Below, in pieces: positions 1 through 14,400 of a stretch of 64,000 nt of DNA; the first letter of the stretch is position 1; each line of letters begins with the position of its first letter. A program made the translations under genes and the position numbers. Below the pieces are notes generated by a model. That model did no database searches. It was not told where the DNA came from and was given only the letters and a program-made list of their open reading frames with translations. Origin of the DNA: Fimbriosthenelais zetlandica (Eukaryota); the NCBI GenBank assembly GCA_977030845.1, contig OZ365111.1, positions 49,662,001-49,726,000 on the forward strand. Reading direction: 5' to 3'.

Positions 1-3000
1 GATGAATGGACATTTTATTACCCTTTATAAGCCCTTTACATCATTCACCATCATGAATATGCAGATTAGTCAGTAGGATTAGATTCTTTAGTGTTGGTTA
101 GACATTAGTATTTCTTTCGTGAGGCATTGAACTGTTTTTTTTGTCCGATACTACCTATATGCACGAATGGCTTCAAAAGACACGTATATATGACAGTCAA
201 TGAAATCTCTCCCCACCTGAGTACATCTAACGATCGGTATTAGCGGTGGGGTGGCCAGGTATGGTGGTTCTTGTTGGAAAATTCCACCAATTAAGACAGC
301 CACTTTAGCTATATAATATATATGTTCATCTAGGCCCTGCGTTTATTTATGCCTATTTTGCTGCGGGTGTATTCTATATATATGTGGGACATATTCTGGG
401 GGAAAATTCCACTGAAAAACAGGTTGTAAAGATCTACCAACATATAAAACATGTCAGTGAAGCGTAAATGATGACTCAAGCAGCATTAATTATACCAGAA
501 ATCATGTTTCCTCTCATGTCACTGTACTTTTCCTCTGTCCGTCTTACTTTTCCTTTCATTTTCTCTCATCGTCTCTTCCCTTCTCTTCAACCCTGCCCAC
601 CCTTCCCCTTCCCGTTCGTCATCTTCTCCTTCAATTTTTTTCAAATTACGTTTCCCATTTTTCACGTTTTCTTCTTCGCTCTGCTTCTTCCTTTCATTTC
701 AAAGTTTGAAATATTTCCACTTTGCCCTACATGTCGTATGCTTTTAACCGTTCAGACCCACAGAAAAAACTTTTGAATTCTATTCAGAGCCTTGAAAACT
801 GTTCCTGAGGTAGGGGATAGACTAGGCCTATTAATAGGCTTTGTCAAAATGTCAACTTATAGGATAAATGATATAAATTGTATCACCAAGAGCCCTTTTT
901 AAATCCTATTATACTTTTCCCTTATACAGACAAAGTTTTACCTTGTTACCTTGGATATTGTCCGACAACTGGTACTCTCTTTATAAACCATGGACCCCTC
1001 ACATCTCTCCCTCCATCCCTTTAACTAAGAAATTGTATGCTTCATGCTTCAACTGCCTCATTCTGTGGATCTGTCCAATGTCACTTAAAAGTGGTGAATG
1101 GCTATAAAGACGGTCTTGGGGCAGTCTGGTTAGTGAGATTCCCCTGTATAGGTGAGGGCTGAAAATTAACCTCGCGGCAAGTGATCATAATGATATTAAC
1201 GGAGAGGTCGCCTTAGTGTGTGTTCACATGTAATTGGGATTTTTAGTATCTGTATACATTGAAATATTCACTATACAATTGCCTTCTCATTTCTAATATT
1301 TCATTGTGGCTTTCCTTTAAAATTCCGAAATTGAAATTGCCTCATTTCGTGGATGGAAAATTCCTCTAAAATCCTACCGGTTTCTGATTCATTTTATTCT
1401 GTTTTCTCTGTGGAAAGTTTTCATTGCTGTTCATATAGACATGTTTAATTAGAAATCAAGTGGGTTTAATAAGCTAGGCATATATATACCTGTCTGGACC
1501 GGTATATAATGTTTTTTATTTACATCCTGGATCATGTGTTGTGACCTGTTTTCTAATTGCTTTCACCTAATTAATCAATTTAAATAGCCTTGAATTTTCT
1601 GCGATGATTAGCAAGCAATTAACATTTTCCAAGTATGATGATATATATGTTTACATATTAATCAATGCCAGCAATGGTCGGAACCAAATTGGTTAACACT
1701 TTTATAGAATACGTATATACTTCTATATTGGCTTACACGACGGTTTTTTTTTTCAAATTAAAAAAAAATCATTCATACAAAAAACATTTTCCGTAATTGT
1801 AAATATCTTGCATGAAAGTGAACGGGTAAATATTGATATTGATGCTAATATGAGAATATGTAGCAAAAATGAGAATTACATACATGTACTGGTGTCATGA
1901 TAGGACGTTGGGACACTCCCTGTTATCCACCTAGGCCTATGTATACAGTGAGTTCTGACATAACGACCTTCAATTTATCAATAATTCATGAACTTATATT
2001 TCCTTAGTCAGAACCGAATGTTTTGATACCACCAAGTCATCCTCTCTAAAGCGACCATATCAATATGTGACAACTATAAATGGTCAGAACCAAATATTTT
2101 AACACCACTATAAGCGACCATCTCGCTATACGAGCCTCAAAGGTGGCATATTAGCTAGCGACCCTAGGCTACTGATGATTTCAGCTGCCTTTGTGGAGAT
2201 ACCGCAGATACCAATCATGATAGGTTCGCAATAGGAAAAAAACTTGGCTAACCACTTCACATGGCTAACCACTTCATCTGCCCTTGCCTTGTTAGTATTA
2301 GTACTATAGTTACCATTACACATTTGCAGTTTTCCTCCAATTCTGCGTCAGATTTACTTTTCATTCTTGATTCAACTTGATTAATGATTGCTACTATACT
2401 CTTGGCTCTAAGCCAAGGCTACGAGTCAAGTGTTTGGCAAACTGCCAAGCATAAGTACCTCTTATATAATATAACTAAGATTTTGTCTTTCTGGGAAATA
2501 GAAACTGATACATTGTCATTTCGAAGTACCCCAAGTAGCAAAATTTATTACATTGTCTAATTGTCTAATTATCTTTTCTAAGAAAATTAGCTGACATCCT
2601 AGACAGGTTTTTAGGATGTGTTGCCTCTTAGTTAATCTGTGAAAGTCGGAATAATATTATATATTTTTTGGGAAATTACGAGGTAAACTGTTCAAAGCAA
2701 TAGCGTAATGTTTTTTTTTAAATAACAAAAACATATTATTATGAAGCCGTAAAACACGAGTGAAGGCATCTGGAAAATGGAATTTGGGATGATGGAAAAT
2801 AATAAATCTTAGAACAACTATGAAATGGGGTGACATTGAAGAAGACATCTTTCTACGAAATAATTTTTAAATTATGGACTGTTCCAACATCTTTAAAGTA
2901 TCCTGGTATCATAAAAACTCTTAATAAATACGTAAATAGAATATATGTAAGCTATATTAGGTCAACCCAACATATCCAAACCAAACCAACAACTTTGTGT

Positions 3001-3362
3001 AAATTGAATTCAAAACGAACAAGAAAAACTGGGGTATTTAAGAGTTAAGGGACCTCATGAGCTGAAGATGTGTTCCCATGACACATACAAGCAGCAATGA
3101 TCTTTAATTTTATGGCCACTGAACAGTTAGCATGTAAAGGTGAGGATGGCAGCACAACATGATGCTGGAAGGCCTACTTCTATCAATATTTAATGACTTC
3201 CCAGTCATCTTGGTGCAAAAATATCAATAAATATCACATGGTTTGTTGATTATATGCAATAAATATAACATGTTTTGTCGGATATATGGTTATGTTTACA
3301 TACATATATGCTTTTATAAATTTAGCTCTATTTTTCCTGTAGTGTGCCACCAAAATGCAAAT

Positions 3363-3452
3363 TTCCTTCCTTCCTTCCTTCCTTCCTTCCTTCCTTCGTA
3401 CACTTAAATATTCCTTCTTTCCTTCCTTCGTACACTTAAATATTCCTTATTT
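3363..3452 (+). repeat. (TTCC)n microsatellite followed by a duplicated ~32-bp unit
   Basis: About 9 TTCC units, then ccttccttcgtacacttaaatattcctt twice. Confidence 0.9.
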
Positions 3453-5829
3453 CCTTGATTCATTCCATAATAAAATTTAATATAAGTTTATTTCTTGAAC
3501 CAGTTATTTCACAGGTCTTAATCTTTCCGTCTGAATAATCCGATATAAATCATGCAATAACTGAACAATAAGCGCTTAATCATTTATTTATATCAACGTA
3601 GTAGGGGTTCTGACCTTCACCTTTAACTTGGCATGCCAACGTTGTAGGAACATGCTAATATCCCATAAATTTCCTGGCTTAAAAGACTCTGTGTACTGGA
3701 TACCCCAACGTGAAACTATTTGGCCCATTTTTATTCTTTTTTTTGGTCTCTGTATTTGTGTTGATCCCCCAGTACATTTGTACTTCCTGAGGATCTTATC
3801 TGATTGGATCAGCCTCCAGCTGTTGACCTACTGACCCAGATATATGACTTATATTTGGTCTACAGGACTTCCTTGAGATCAATGAGATCATCTACTCTAG
3901 GCCCCTATACTTGGTTAATTGACTTGTTGTCCATACATACATTTTTTTCTTCCACATAAATACTTTTGTATGCCAACGTAGAGAATCGAGGAATCTATAC
4001 CTTACGCCCATTTTAAATTGACTACCATCTATTAAATATTGAAAACGCTTAATTTAAGCCTAAGATTGACAGTTGGATCCTGTTAGCTGAAATAAAATAA
4101 TTTTTTTTAAAGTTCATGGTGAAGAAAAAGAGTGAGTGGTTTAACTGGTTCTGAAAAAGAACCAAAATTAACAAAGATAAATGTGGAAAAGTTAGCGGGG
4201 TGTTTGGTAAGCTTGATCCACCTGGAAAATCAAAAGGTGGAAAATATAGGCTAACACGTGTACAGGGATCCTGTTTGGTTTGCCACCTGGGTAGGCCGGG
4301 CCTATCTACCACAACATTATTTACACTTAATTTACTTATAATCTGTTAATGTGATATCTTCTATTTATCCCCTAATGCGTCTTGTTCTTCGTGTTTTTCC
4401 TTTTTTGGGTGGGGGTGGGGGGAGCGGGGAGGTTTTGGGGAGGTTTAATGTTTAATCTCTCATATAATTTGCTTGCTACGTTGTCTTTGATATTTTCTCG
4501 TTCATTTTGGTTCGTAGTTTTAAGTTTCGTGTTGTGCAACAATAAGTTTTTTTTATGATTTCCATTCATTATTTCATGTTTCAATAAGGTTATTTACATC
4601 TGAACACCTCTGCTGAAGGAACAGGAGAATCGTAAACACTGTCTGACAGTCCCTATTAAATTATTGAGGAGCTCCCTCTAATTAAGGAACACCATGTTGT
4701 AGAGGTTTGACTGTAGATATCTGCTATGTTGTCGGTTCATTGACTCATTGGCAGGTGATGCTGGTTCCTCCCTTCGTGTCTTGTATACACCATCTCTTAT
4801 ACACACCGTTGTCAGGCTCTGTGTCTATGAGTAGATGTAAACCTTGATAAATTCGGTAAATTCATTATTATGTTATAATATCCCATACAAAAAACCCTAA
4901 TTGAGACAGTTCCTAAGTTTTAGGAAGGACATCTCGAAAGATCTTCAGAAAAATCAATCCACAGAATTGAAAATCGAAACTTGGCAATGGCAGTGATGAT
5001 AGAGCATAGCCTTAAATATAGTTATTTTGTTATTATATATTTAACTTTCATACAATTAATACTCAGAATTGTATGACATACGATGCCATATTGGACTAAA
5101 GCAATAATTCTGGAGACTGTGGAGGAATCTTTTATAAGCCGTCCCATGAAAAAAATAACGCCCTGATCCAACATACCTAGTAGGCCCTACTTTATTCATT
5201 ACTTTGCACTTAGTTGCCAATGGTAGTGAATGCCAATCTGAATAATCAATAATGCAAGGAAAGGAAATGAAAGGAGGGAAGGATCTGAACTTTCATATAC
5301 AAAAGCTTTGGAAAGTAAGCTAGGTATTCTAAGTGCTCCATTGAGATGGTATTAGCGTCTAAAACTTATGTTAATGTCTTTATATATACATGTGGTATTG
5401 ATTAGAATAACATGGACATGGACACGGAACTGGCCAAAAGATGTCCCCCATCTATAACCCTTCAATATAGTAAAATGTCGGTATAGTTTGTTGGTCACTC
5501 TAGTTCTTTACTTTGAGATGGTTTTTTTCTTATGATGAAAGCATTCTTTAATGTGTCGGTCATTTTACTGAGTCTGAGATGGACCCATTTGTGAAAGGGT
5601 CACTTAATTGATATAAGTCGCTTTAGTGAGATAGTCGCTTTAATGAGTTGTCCCATTAGTAAAATGGCCACTTTAGAGATGCCCACTTTTGGGAGGTGGA
5701 CGCCTTAGTGAGATCCCACTGTAGTGGGTGTGTTTGTATTGATATTAAAGGATCCTTTATCTCATGCCAGCCGTTATGATCTTTGGGTGTGGATCTACCC
5801 CCATAGGCTCTGAGTCTAACATACCTGAA

Positions 5830-5853
5830 ATGGAAAATTCCATCCATCTCCAG
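5830..5853 (+). CDS. Candidate first coding exon of the SLC6 gene (MENSIHLQ)
   Basis: gaaATGg start context, 8 codons, strong CAG|GTAAAG donor in phase 0, matching the phase-0 acceptor at 8486. No homology support. Confidence 0.3.
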
Positions 5854-6729
5854 GTAAAGTTATAGACAGGTGGCAATGATTGGCAGGTGGGCGTGGCATG
5901 CGGGCGTCTGCTGGAACCATCTCAGCTCTTCTACGTACCTGCATGTCTAATTGTATTTGAAACAAATTTTTAAAAAAATATTGCAAGCTTAATCTAAAAA
6001 GGCTAATTTTAAGCTTAAAATATAATATAATATCCTCAGGTTTTTTCACATGACTATGATTTTTTCTCTTTTTATTAGTGAAGCAATATCTTTGAATATA
6101 ATTATCATTATATTGGGATTTTTATCACAGAAAATACACTAGTAAGGATAGCTGACTCATATGTTAGACAGATTCATAATATTATTGCAACATATTTTGC
6201 AATACGGTGGCGCACCTGTTGACCCTCGGATTGACTCGTGACACTTCCATTAGATTAGTTTTCGCGCTATGAGCAGGACGTATAGGACGAAATCAATGTC
6301 ATTCTCATTAGGCCTACTAAAGGGGCTAAATGTCAAAGAGTTAATGTCCTCTCACATCAAGTTGGCAGAGGCCAAGGCAACCGACAGTCACATTTCTACC
6401 ATTTCAATCGTCGGTTTGGGAACAGATAAAAAAGTCCAACAGGTGGAACGGCTGCTGATAATATACAGAACAATCAAGCTTAGATAAGAGAATCTATAGG
6501 GTTTGTCATTGAGCCAGTCATACATTAGGCTACCTTCCAGTGATTGGGATGTACAAGAATCATTAATTGCTGCCCATCAGAAAGAGTAGTCTGTTCTCTG
6601 GTGCCGATAGCGTGTTTCCTACTTGTTAAGTTGGATAACAAATTGTTCCCATCCAGAGAAGATCTGTGATAGCTAAGAAATTGCTGGTTTTTAGGCAACT
6701 ATAACTCACTCATAAATGCCGTCGTCCTA

Positions 6730-6938
6730 ATCCAAGATGGCGGCGAGAAGTCTCGCGAGATAAGTCACTTAGCAACGGAATAATTACACTTAATTCGTCA
6801 TTTTATAGGTAGTAGTATAAACCTAACCCTAACATAACCCCTATAATATAAACCTTACCCAACCCCTAAACACCTAAACCTGACCTTAGTAACAGGAGGT
6901 CAAAAATCGTCTCTCGAGATTTGGCCGCCATCTTGGAT
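6730..6938. mobile_element. ~210-bp MITE-like foldback with ATCCAAGATGGCGGC terminal inverted repeats and internal telomere-like CCTAAC repeats
   Basis: Perfect 15-bp inverted repeat 6730-6744 / 6924-6938, imperfectly extended to TCTCGCGAGA / TCTCTCGAGA; interior cctaaccctaac...cctaaacctgacc. Confidence 0.7.
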
Positions 6939-8485
6939 CTCGGGCCCTCATAGTGCAGTGACATAGGCCTAAGTCTTCCGTTGACTGACTTTAACAAAAA
7001 AACTCTAGTGGAAATTTACCTTTATACCTGTAGGCATGCGTAGGAAAAATAAACGCTTTCACATAAATAATTCCATGGGTTTCCATGGTGTTACTCCCAT
7101 CCCAACATCAGGGTAGAGGTTCCTTGGCAGGTCACCAAATGTTATCCCCTTGGGTGCCTTTTCTATGTGAGAACTGACATGCATGGACCCTGAATGGCCC
7201 TGAAGATGCACCCCTGGTCTATTCACGCCTGTTTTCACCTCTCCCTTCAGTAAACTATACTATACTACCGTTATCATTCATACTATTCAATTCCTACCCT
7301 GAATGCAAGTCTTTCATGAATAAAAGTAGAAAGTCCCCTTAAATATATTCAAGCACACAGTTACCTTTCAGTATAGCCTGTATAACTGTTTTTCTTATTG
7401 AGAGTTTGGCCTTTGAAAGTGACTGAAAGGTTTGGGAAGTTGATAGGAATGGGCGTGCAGTTTACTTTCTCTTTTATTTATAATTTCATCGAATCAAGTT
7501 ACTGAACGCACCGAGGAAAGAGGCAGTGAAAATGCCTTAGACTGTTCGGTGTTAGAACCAACGAACCCCTGAATGAGCTGATGCTTTAAACAAGTTATCT
7601 AAGTTATCATTTCCCATATAAACTCTCCAGGGATCTGTTTAAAAACGAACATTAGCTAGAGGCTTAGCATTGCCAATATTTCTTTCGGAATAGGGGTGGA
7701 TATAGGATTAAATTTTGTCGCTTCTGTCGCTAAATTTAGATCCATACCTGTTATACCCTATCCGTGTTTTTACGACTATTATTTGTCCCGCATATTCTAT
7801 ACATATTTACGTCCTTAGTTTGTCATATTTTTTCCTGTATGTGTAAATCTGTCATATTTCAAGTCTGTCCTTGACATTCCTATATCACTTGTTTCATAAT
7901 AAATTTTGAAGTCTCACCCCTGTAGTATGGGACCATTGTCTTGCTATCTCTTGCTGTCAATCTGAAATGATACATTTGTCTGTCTGTTTATGACGATGTT
8001 GACAACAGTTATTTACACAAACTGATGCACATACAACCACCAGCTGGCATCGACTCTACCACCACAAACTATTCATCGACTGCCCGTACATAAATGTTCT
8101 GTTATTAATTTAGGGACATATTCTATTTTATTCATTTTTTCTGTGGTAAATTATCATATCTATAACGTTTTTCATGCTGTAAATATGTTGTGAACATGCA
8201 GTAATACATTAAGCCAAACACTGACTTGGTGTAAATTACACCAATAAATAACTTTACAGTGTAAAGTTATTTATTAAGGTACCTAGGCACACAAATTTCC
8301 AGTTTCAGTTTGGTGGCGCCCCGCTGTGTTGAAAAATGGCAATGCCCTACCCTTTCCTCATTCTGATTGGCTAATCAGCTCCATGTAGCATCCTGTGGCT
8401 GACTTCATGCATCTCTTACTTTGCGGAGTTTAGGTATTAATTTCTCTCTACTGAAAATTTATGAATTTGTTGTTTTTTTTTGCAG

Positions 8486-11400
8486 GGAGGAGAGGAGTTA
8501 AAGGATGAGAATGAGAGAGGAAACTGGTCTGGGAAATGTGATGCCCTGTTGTCCTATATTGGCTACTGTGTCGGTCTGGGCAATGTCTGGCGGTTCCCCT
8601 ACCTTTGCTACAGAAATGGCGGAGGTGAGGCTCTTTTTATCTTTATTTTTATACTTTTTGCATTTTATTCATAAGGTTTACACCAAGTTGGATCAAGATC
8701 TGTTTGTTTTCTGGTTCTCCTTTAACATCTTAAAATCAAAATAAAGGGAAAAATCATTTTCCAAAGAGCTGAATAAGAGCTTCTTTTTCCAAATTGCAAA
8801 GTTTTTCCTCTACAATTTCAACAAATATGTCTCTGTGGAGGTCTTATTTACGAGATGTATTTCCTAGCAGAAAATGAAACTTACATGACGTGGCTTTCCT
8901 ATTCACATGATTTATGATTACCCGAATTTAATTTTCCAGGTGCCTTCCTTGTGCCTTATTTCTTTATGTTAAGTGTAGCTGGCCTGCCTCTCTACTTCCT
9001 CGAGCTTGCCATAGGACAATATGCCTCACTCGGTCCGAGTGAAGCATGGGCCTTCTGTCCACTCCTCAAAGGTAATTAATCCCATATAAAATAATATATT
9101 ATTTACAAAACTTCCTTGTGTCTCCATTTGTTTTCGAGGGTTACAATACAAATTAGTTTAAATTTTATTCTTATTATGAAAATTGATGTTTTTTCAGGTA
9201 TTGGGCTGACGGCTGTGGTAGCCAGCGCCCTCTGCTGTTTCTACTATAACGTCATCATCGCCTATATCATTTTCTACCTCTTCGCCTCCTTCACCTCTGA
9301 GCTACCATGGGCAACCTGCGGCAATGCCTGGAACACCCCCGACTGCCAAGTCCTTGACGATCTGAAAAAAGTGGCCAACCAGAGTGAGTTTAACTCTAAT
9401 ATTTACCTGTTTAACTCAGTAGGTTAGACGGTTCGTCTGGTTATGAATAAGGGTCATCATATGCAGTTCATTGAGATGTTTCTTCTTGATCATATTCTCT
9501 TTTCATTCTTCCATTTCTTTTCAAATAAGATTCTCTAATAAATATAATTTCTTCCATTTCATGGGGCTTTCCACAGTACCTTATATTAAAATGCTTTGTT
9601 TCAGAATCCAACTTTCTGCTCGAATCTCGACTGCATTAATTATTTTCTCAAAGTTAGAGCCTTTCAAGCTTGCGTTGCTGTTCCTTGTAACGAGTTGCTT
9701 CTGATAATTATTGTCATGTCGTTATGAATGAATTCAAGTTCCATCTCTCTTTTCTCTTTGCAGCCAGTTTGCCTGACTCTTTACTAATTCAGATCCTTCT
9801 TCTGATTTTTTGTTTATCCAGCGGTCAATGCCACTGCGGTTCTATTGTCCAATCTTACGGGTTCTGATGATACGTATGCCTCGGAAAGCCAATCAGCAAA
9901 TACAACATTAATCAATAATGTAACGCTAGTGAAGAAGACAGCAGCCGAGGAATATTGGGAGTAAGTCACAAGAGCAGCTCCCATTTTGGGAGTATGGTAC
10001 GCGCTACCGTACTTCTAAATAGGACTGTTTGTTTTGCCCTAGCTGGAATTCATGCCACTTTGAAAATGACATTATAATATTGTCCATTTTTCTGTCATTT
10101 CCAGCCAGTTTCCGTCGATTTTTATTATTATTATTATATGCGCTAACCTTCGCTTGCAGATTGACCAGGAGTAGTTGGTGGTGGATAAACTATTATATTG
10201 AGTACATCGACACATGCATATTTTGATATCCATGTAAATGTTTTCCAGTTCCACCCTTTCCTCTCCAATTATTTATAATTTTGGGTGGAAAGTTGTTTTC
10301 TGTTTGGGATTGGGTTCGGTCTTAGTGAAACCTCGTTACTGCTCTATGATTGACTGTGTTGAGAAATAAATTAAAACATTATTTTAAAGAATTATATTAA
10401 AGAAATATTTGTAAAAATGATATTGAAGAATTATTAAAAATATATATATAACTTCATAAAAAAAAATAATGAAAAGGTTTGCAATCTATAGGTCTGTTAT
10501 ACACAAATGTAGGCCTACACAACTTTAGATAACAAAGCCAGTGAATTTGATTCAAAACTTCTATGATGGAATAGTAGTGAAGTGAATATCTTATAATATA
10601 TATCTGATAATATAAAGACCAAAAACAAGGGGTGCATCCAGCGAGGGGAGGTCCAGTGGCTCCTGCAAGGTCCAAGCTTCAAGACCCAGAAGCTTTCAGA
10701 AATATATTTTGCTCAATTTGTATTTGGAGCCTCAAGTTTGGGTCTGAAACCTTAACCTTCTTCCATTGTAGGTCTGTCCCCTGGCAGTATAATTGCCTGG
10801 TTTTAGTGAGATGATCTGCCACTAGGCGGCACCCTGCTGAGTTCAGCAATCGCTCCCCAGGCCCAGAGCAGGACAAATCCTATAGATTTTCAATGGAGTA
10901 TCATGTTACTTTGAACAATACAAACTTAAATGTTCCCACGATTTGTCCTGTGACCTTCAGTAAACTGACTATCCCACTATAAAGAACTACAGTATGAATT
11001 CACGGTCCTGAGGCTGGTGACATTAGTAATACTCCACTGTATACCGTACTTGCCGGTGTATAACGCGCAACTTTTTGACCTGGTAATTGGCCAAAATCGG
11101 GGCCTGCGCGTTATACACCGGAGCGCATTATATATGGATTTTTCTCACATGGTGACTGACAAGCATGACGCATGGTGGGAGGCAGCCGACTATGTCCACG
11201 GATTAGTGGTCGGCTAATTAGTCCATACAGAAAAGCTATGTTGCCTTGAGATGGCTATTGTGTCTGGGAGGACACTGTCTGGGGTGGGAGAAACGGGTAT
11301 ACAAATTGCGCGTTATACACCGGTGCGCACTATATATGGATTTTACTTGAGAGGTAGGGGGGTGCGCGTTATAGTCCGGAGCGCGTTATACACCGGCAAG

Positions 11401-14400
11401 TACGGTACTTTAACCTAGGTTATATATAACAAGACTCTTAATTTAAGTAACTAAATTAATTATAATTTACACTAGAGTGTTAATGCATTTAGCAGTAACG
11501 AGGTTGCACAATAGTATAATGTATGAAAATAATATATCACTAATTAATCTGTGACATTTTTCTAAGAATATATGTGACTGAATATTTTAAAAATCAGTTA
11601 CAACTGCATACAATAACGATTGATAATTAACATGGTTATTTTGGTTTTCGTGGTAATTCTGCTGCTCAACTTGCATGGCGAAATAAACCCTCAGATCTGC
11701 AATCGCTCACCATGGAGATGAGTTGATCTGAGTTAAAATCTAAACACAAATAGTAATGAATTCTGTTCTGCAAACAGGAAAGAATTCAATAATCTGGGCG
11801 ACATTGAAAGATGAAGATTTAATAACTACTTCTGGTTTAAAAATTATAATTTTTATGTTTGTATGATTTTTTTCTGGGGGGTTGCAATAAAAAACTGTAC
11901 AAAGCACCTATTAACTTTAAGCAGTGTCGAGGTTTCACTTTAACCCTTGGCTACTTTTCAAAGCACAGGTGGCTCTGCAGGGAAGCTGTTAAGGTAAGTG
12001 GTGTTAGCTCCGGGCATGGAGGGTTAACCGGCTGGCTCCTGATGCTGTCTTCTTTAGGATGTTTATTATAAAATGCTGCTTTCCTTTTATAGGAACCGAG
12101 TACTGGGGATGAGTTCAGGTATAGATGACCCAGGACAGCTCAACTGGCAGTTAGCTCTCTGTCTCTTACTCGCATGGGTCCTCATCTTCCTATGTCTTAT
12201 CAAGGGGATCAAGTCTACGGGAAAGGTATACTGAAATAATACTAAACTGTCTTTGTTGGTTTTTGATCATACTTTTCTGCATTAAAATACCAGTGTTTCT
12301 CTGGTTAGTTATGTAAAAGGCCAGCCATGTCTGCCACTGTCTGTGGTGAGAGACATGTAAAAGGCCAGCCATGTCTGCCACTGTCTGTGGTTAGTCATGT
12401 AAAAGGCCAGCCATGTCTGACACTGCATGTGGTGGGTCATGTAAAAGGCCAGCAATGTCTGCCACTATCTGTGGTGAGTCATGTAAAAGTCAGCCATTTT
12501 ATTGAAATTCCATTCCATTGCCAAAATGAGTTTTGCATTTCCGACTATATTTCATGGAGTTTTTTTTTTAGGAGTTTTCATTATTCTGACTTTATTTGAT
12601 GGAGTGTGCTGTAAAGCTTACTGTCACATTTGTTCCAGGTTGTGTATGTGACAGCTACCTTCCCATACATCGTTCTCACTATTCTGCTCGTCCGCGGTGT
12701 GACACTACCCGGGGCTGTGGACGGTTTACGTTTCTACATCATCCCAGAGTTTGATAAACTCCTCAAACCAAGGGTGCGTTACACTTAGGCCCCTCTCAAA
12801 AGTCCGCAAGATTTTTCTTCTAGATTTCAGTCCTTTCATTAAGAGCCAGACCATCATCCCACTCCCAATCTTAAATGTAACCCAACATGAGTCTAGATCC
12901 AACTGAAATAGATCTAAACTAAAAATGTTCCTATACAATCTATCTACAATACATATATTCTTGGGAAACTAATTTCCGAAATAGATCTCCCATATACTTA
13001 TTTTTCTTTTTAGAAACATGAAAATTCAAACTAGAAAATGATAACCTTTCATTTCTGTTTTCTATGCAGGTATGGGGTGATGCAGCTTCCCAGATATTCT
13101 ACTCACTAGGCCCTGCCTGGGGAATACTTATCACTTATGGCAGCTACAACCGATTCAAGTCCAACTGTCGCAGGTATTTTATATGTTCAAACCTCTAAAA
13201 AGCTAAATAAAATACATGAAACTGTATGTTCTCAGCTCAGGATTCGAAACCAGGACTTCGAATGCTAGATCAAGCTTTATTCAAATTTACCATTGTTCCT
13301 CTCTATCTCGTGCTGCTAACTGGGTTATCAAAGTCGTGCAGCCATGTCTTCGACTGCATGTCTATGGTGAGAGTACATTGTACAGACACACAGGCCGTTG
13401 TACAACCATGGGATAATGCATTATTGTGCAACCCAACTTATTCAGTTAATTAGAATGGCCCGTCCTGTCATTGCTGTATAATCCCTGAATAGAACGCATT
13501 CTTTTTGAATAATTAATTATTTAATTTCTTTATTTACAGGGACTCCATTATCTCTGCCATTGCCTGTGTGGGTACCTCTATCTATGCTGGTATGGTAATC
13601 TTCTCTGTCATGGGTTTCATGGCTAATGAGTTGGGTGTAAGCATTGACAAGGTCATGAAATCTGGTAAGTAAATGCAATTATTCAATAGTCCAATATATG
13701 TTTCACAGTAGGCTACTGTTCATCCTCCCCTCTTATATCTATTTTATAAAAGGAAAATGTCTAAAAATATTATTAGCTGTATTGCCCCTATGGTTTATTA
13801 CAAATTCCTCGATCCTTCTTTCAATTTTGATATATGTTTCTTGCATTCCATAAAGGTTGAAGAGTAGTTTTTCTCAGATTTATTTTTATGCAGGCAAAGC
13901 CAACGCGTAGGCCTATACATTGCCAGAATACTTTTCTGTCTTTTTTTGCCGCGCATTGTGATGAAAATAAGCGCTAATAGCATATTATGAGCATTAACAT
14001 ACCACATATAATTGGTACCTCTGTACTTTATGCTATGCATTCCAAATAAAAACACATGCACTCATGTTGGCACAGTAATAAGTGGGGCATACCATTAGAG
14101 TTGATTCTGTCTTGGCAGATTGAGTGAGAAACCATTCCAATTTGTCTGTGTGTCTGCTCATACTTTTCTGCATATAAAATGCCAGCCATGTCTCCCCCTG
14201 TCTGTGGTGAGTCATGTAAAAGGCCAACTATGTCTCGCATGTCTCCCACTGCCTGGTGAGAAAGACTTGCAATATCACCTACTGTCTGTGGGAAAAGTCA
14301 TGTAAAATTATCTTCTGTGAATCTAAAAATAAGAACGGGCCATTAGACTGCTTGTTTCTTTCTCATACTGGCCACTAAACACTAAATTAATGTTTTTTTG

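Noticed and set aside
468-776. 102-aa Phe/Pro-rich ORF
   Set aside because: Translation of a pyrimidine-rich low-complexity tract; no motif or splice support.
5600-5723. Tigger-like terminal fragments (also ~2040-2125, ~4690-4715, ~14585-14625, ~27880-27915)
   Set aside because: Only one end is recognisable in each case, with no TIR pair or TSD, so none can be delimited as an element.
6815-6890. Interstitial telomere
   Set aside because: Only about two good CCCTAA-type units, degenerate and enclosed by inverted repeats.
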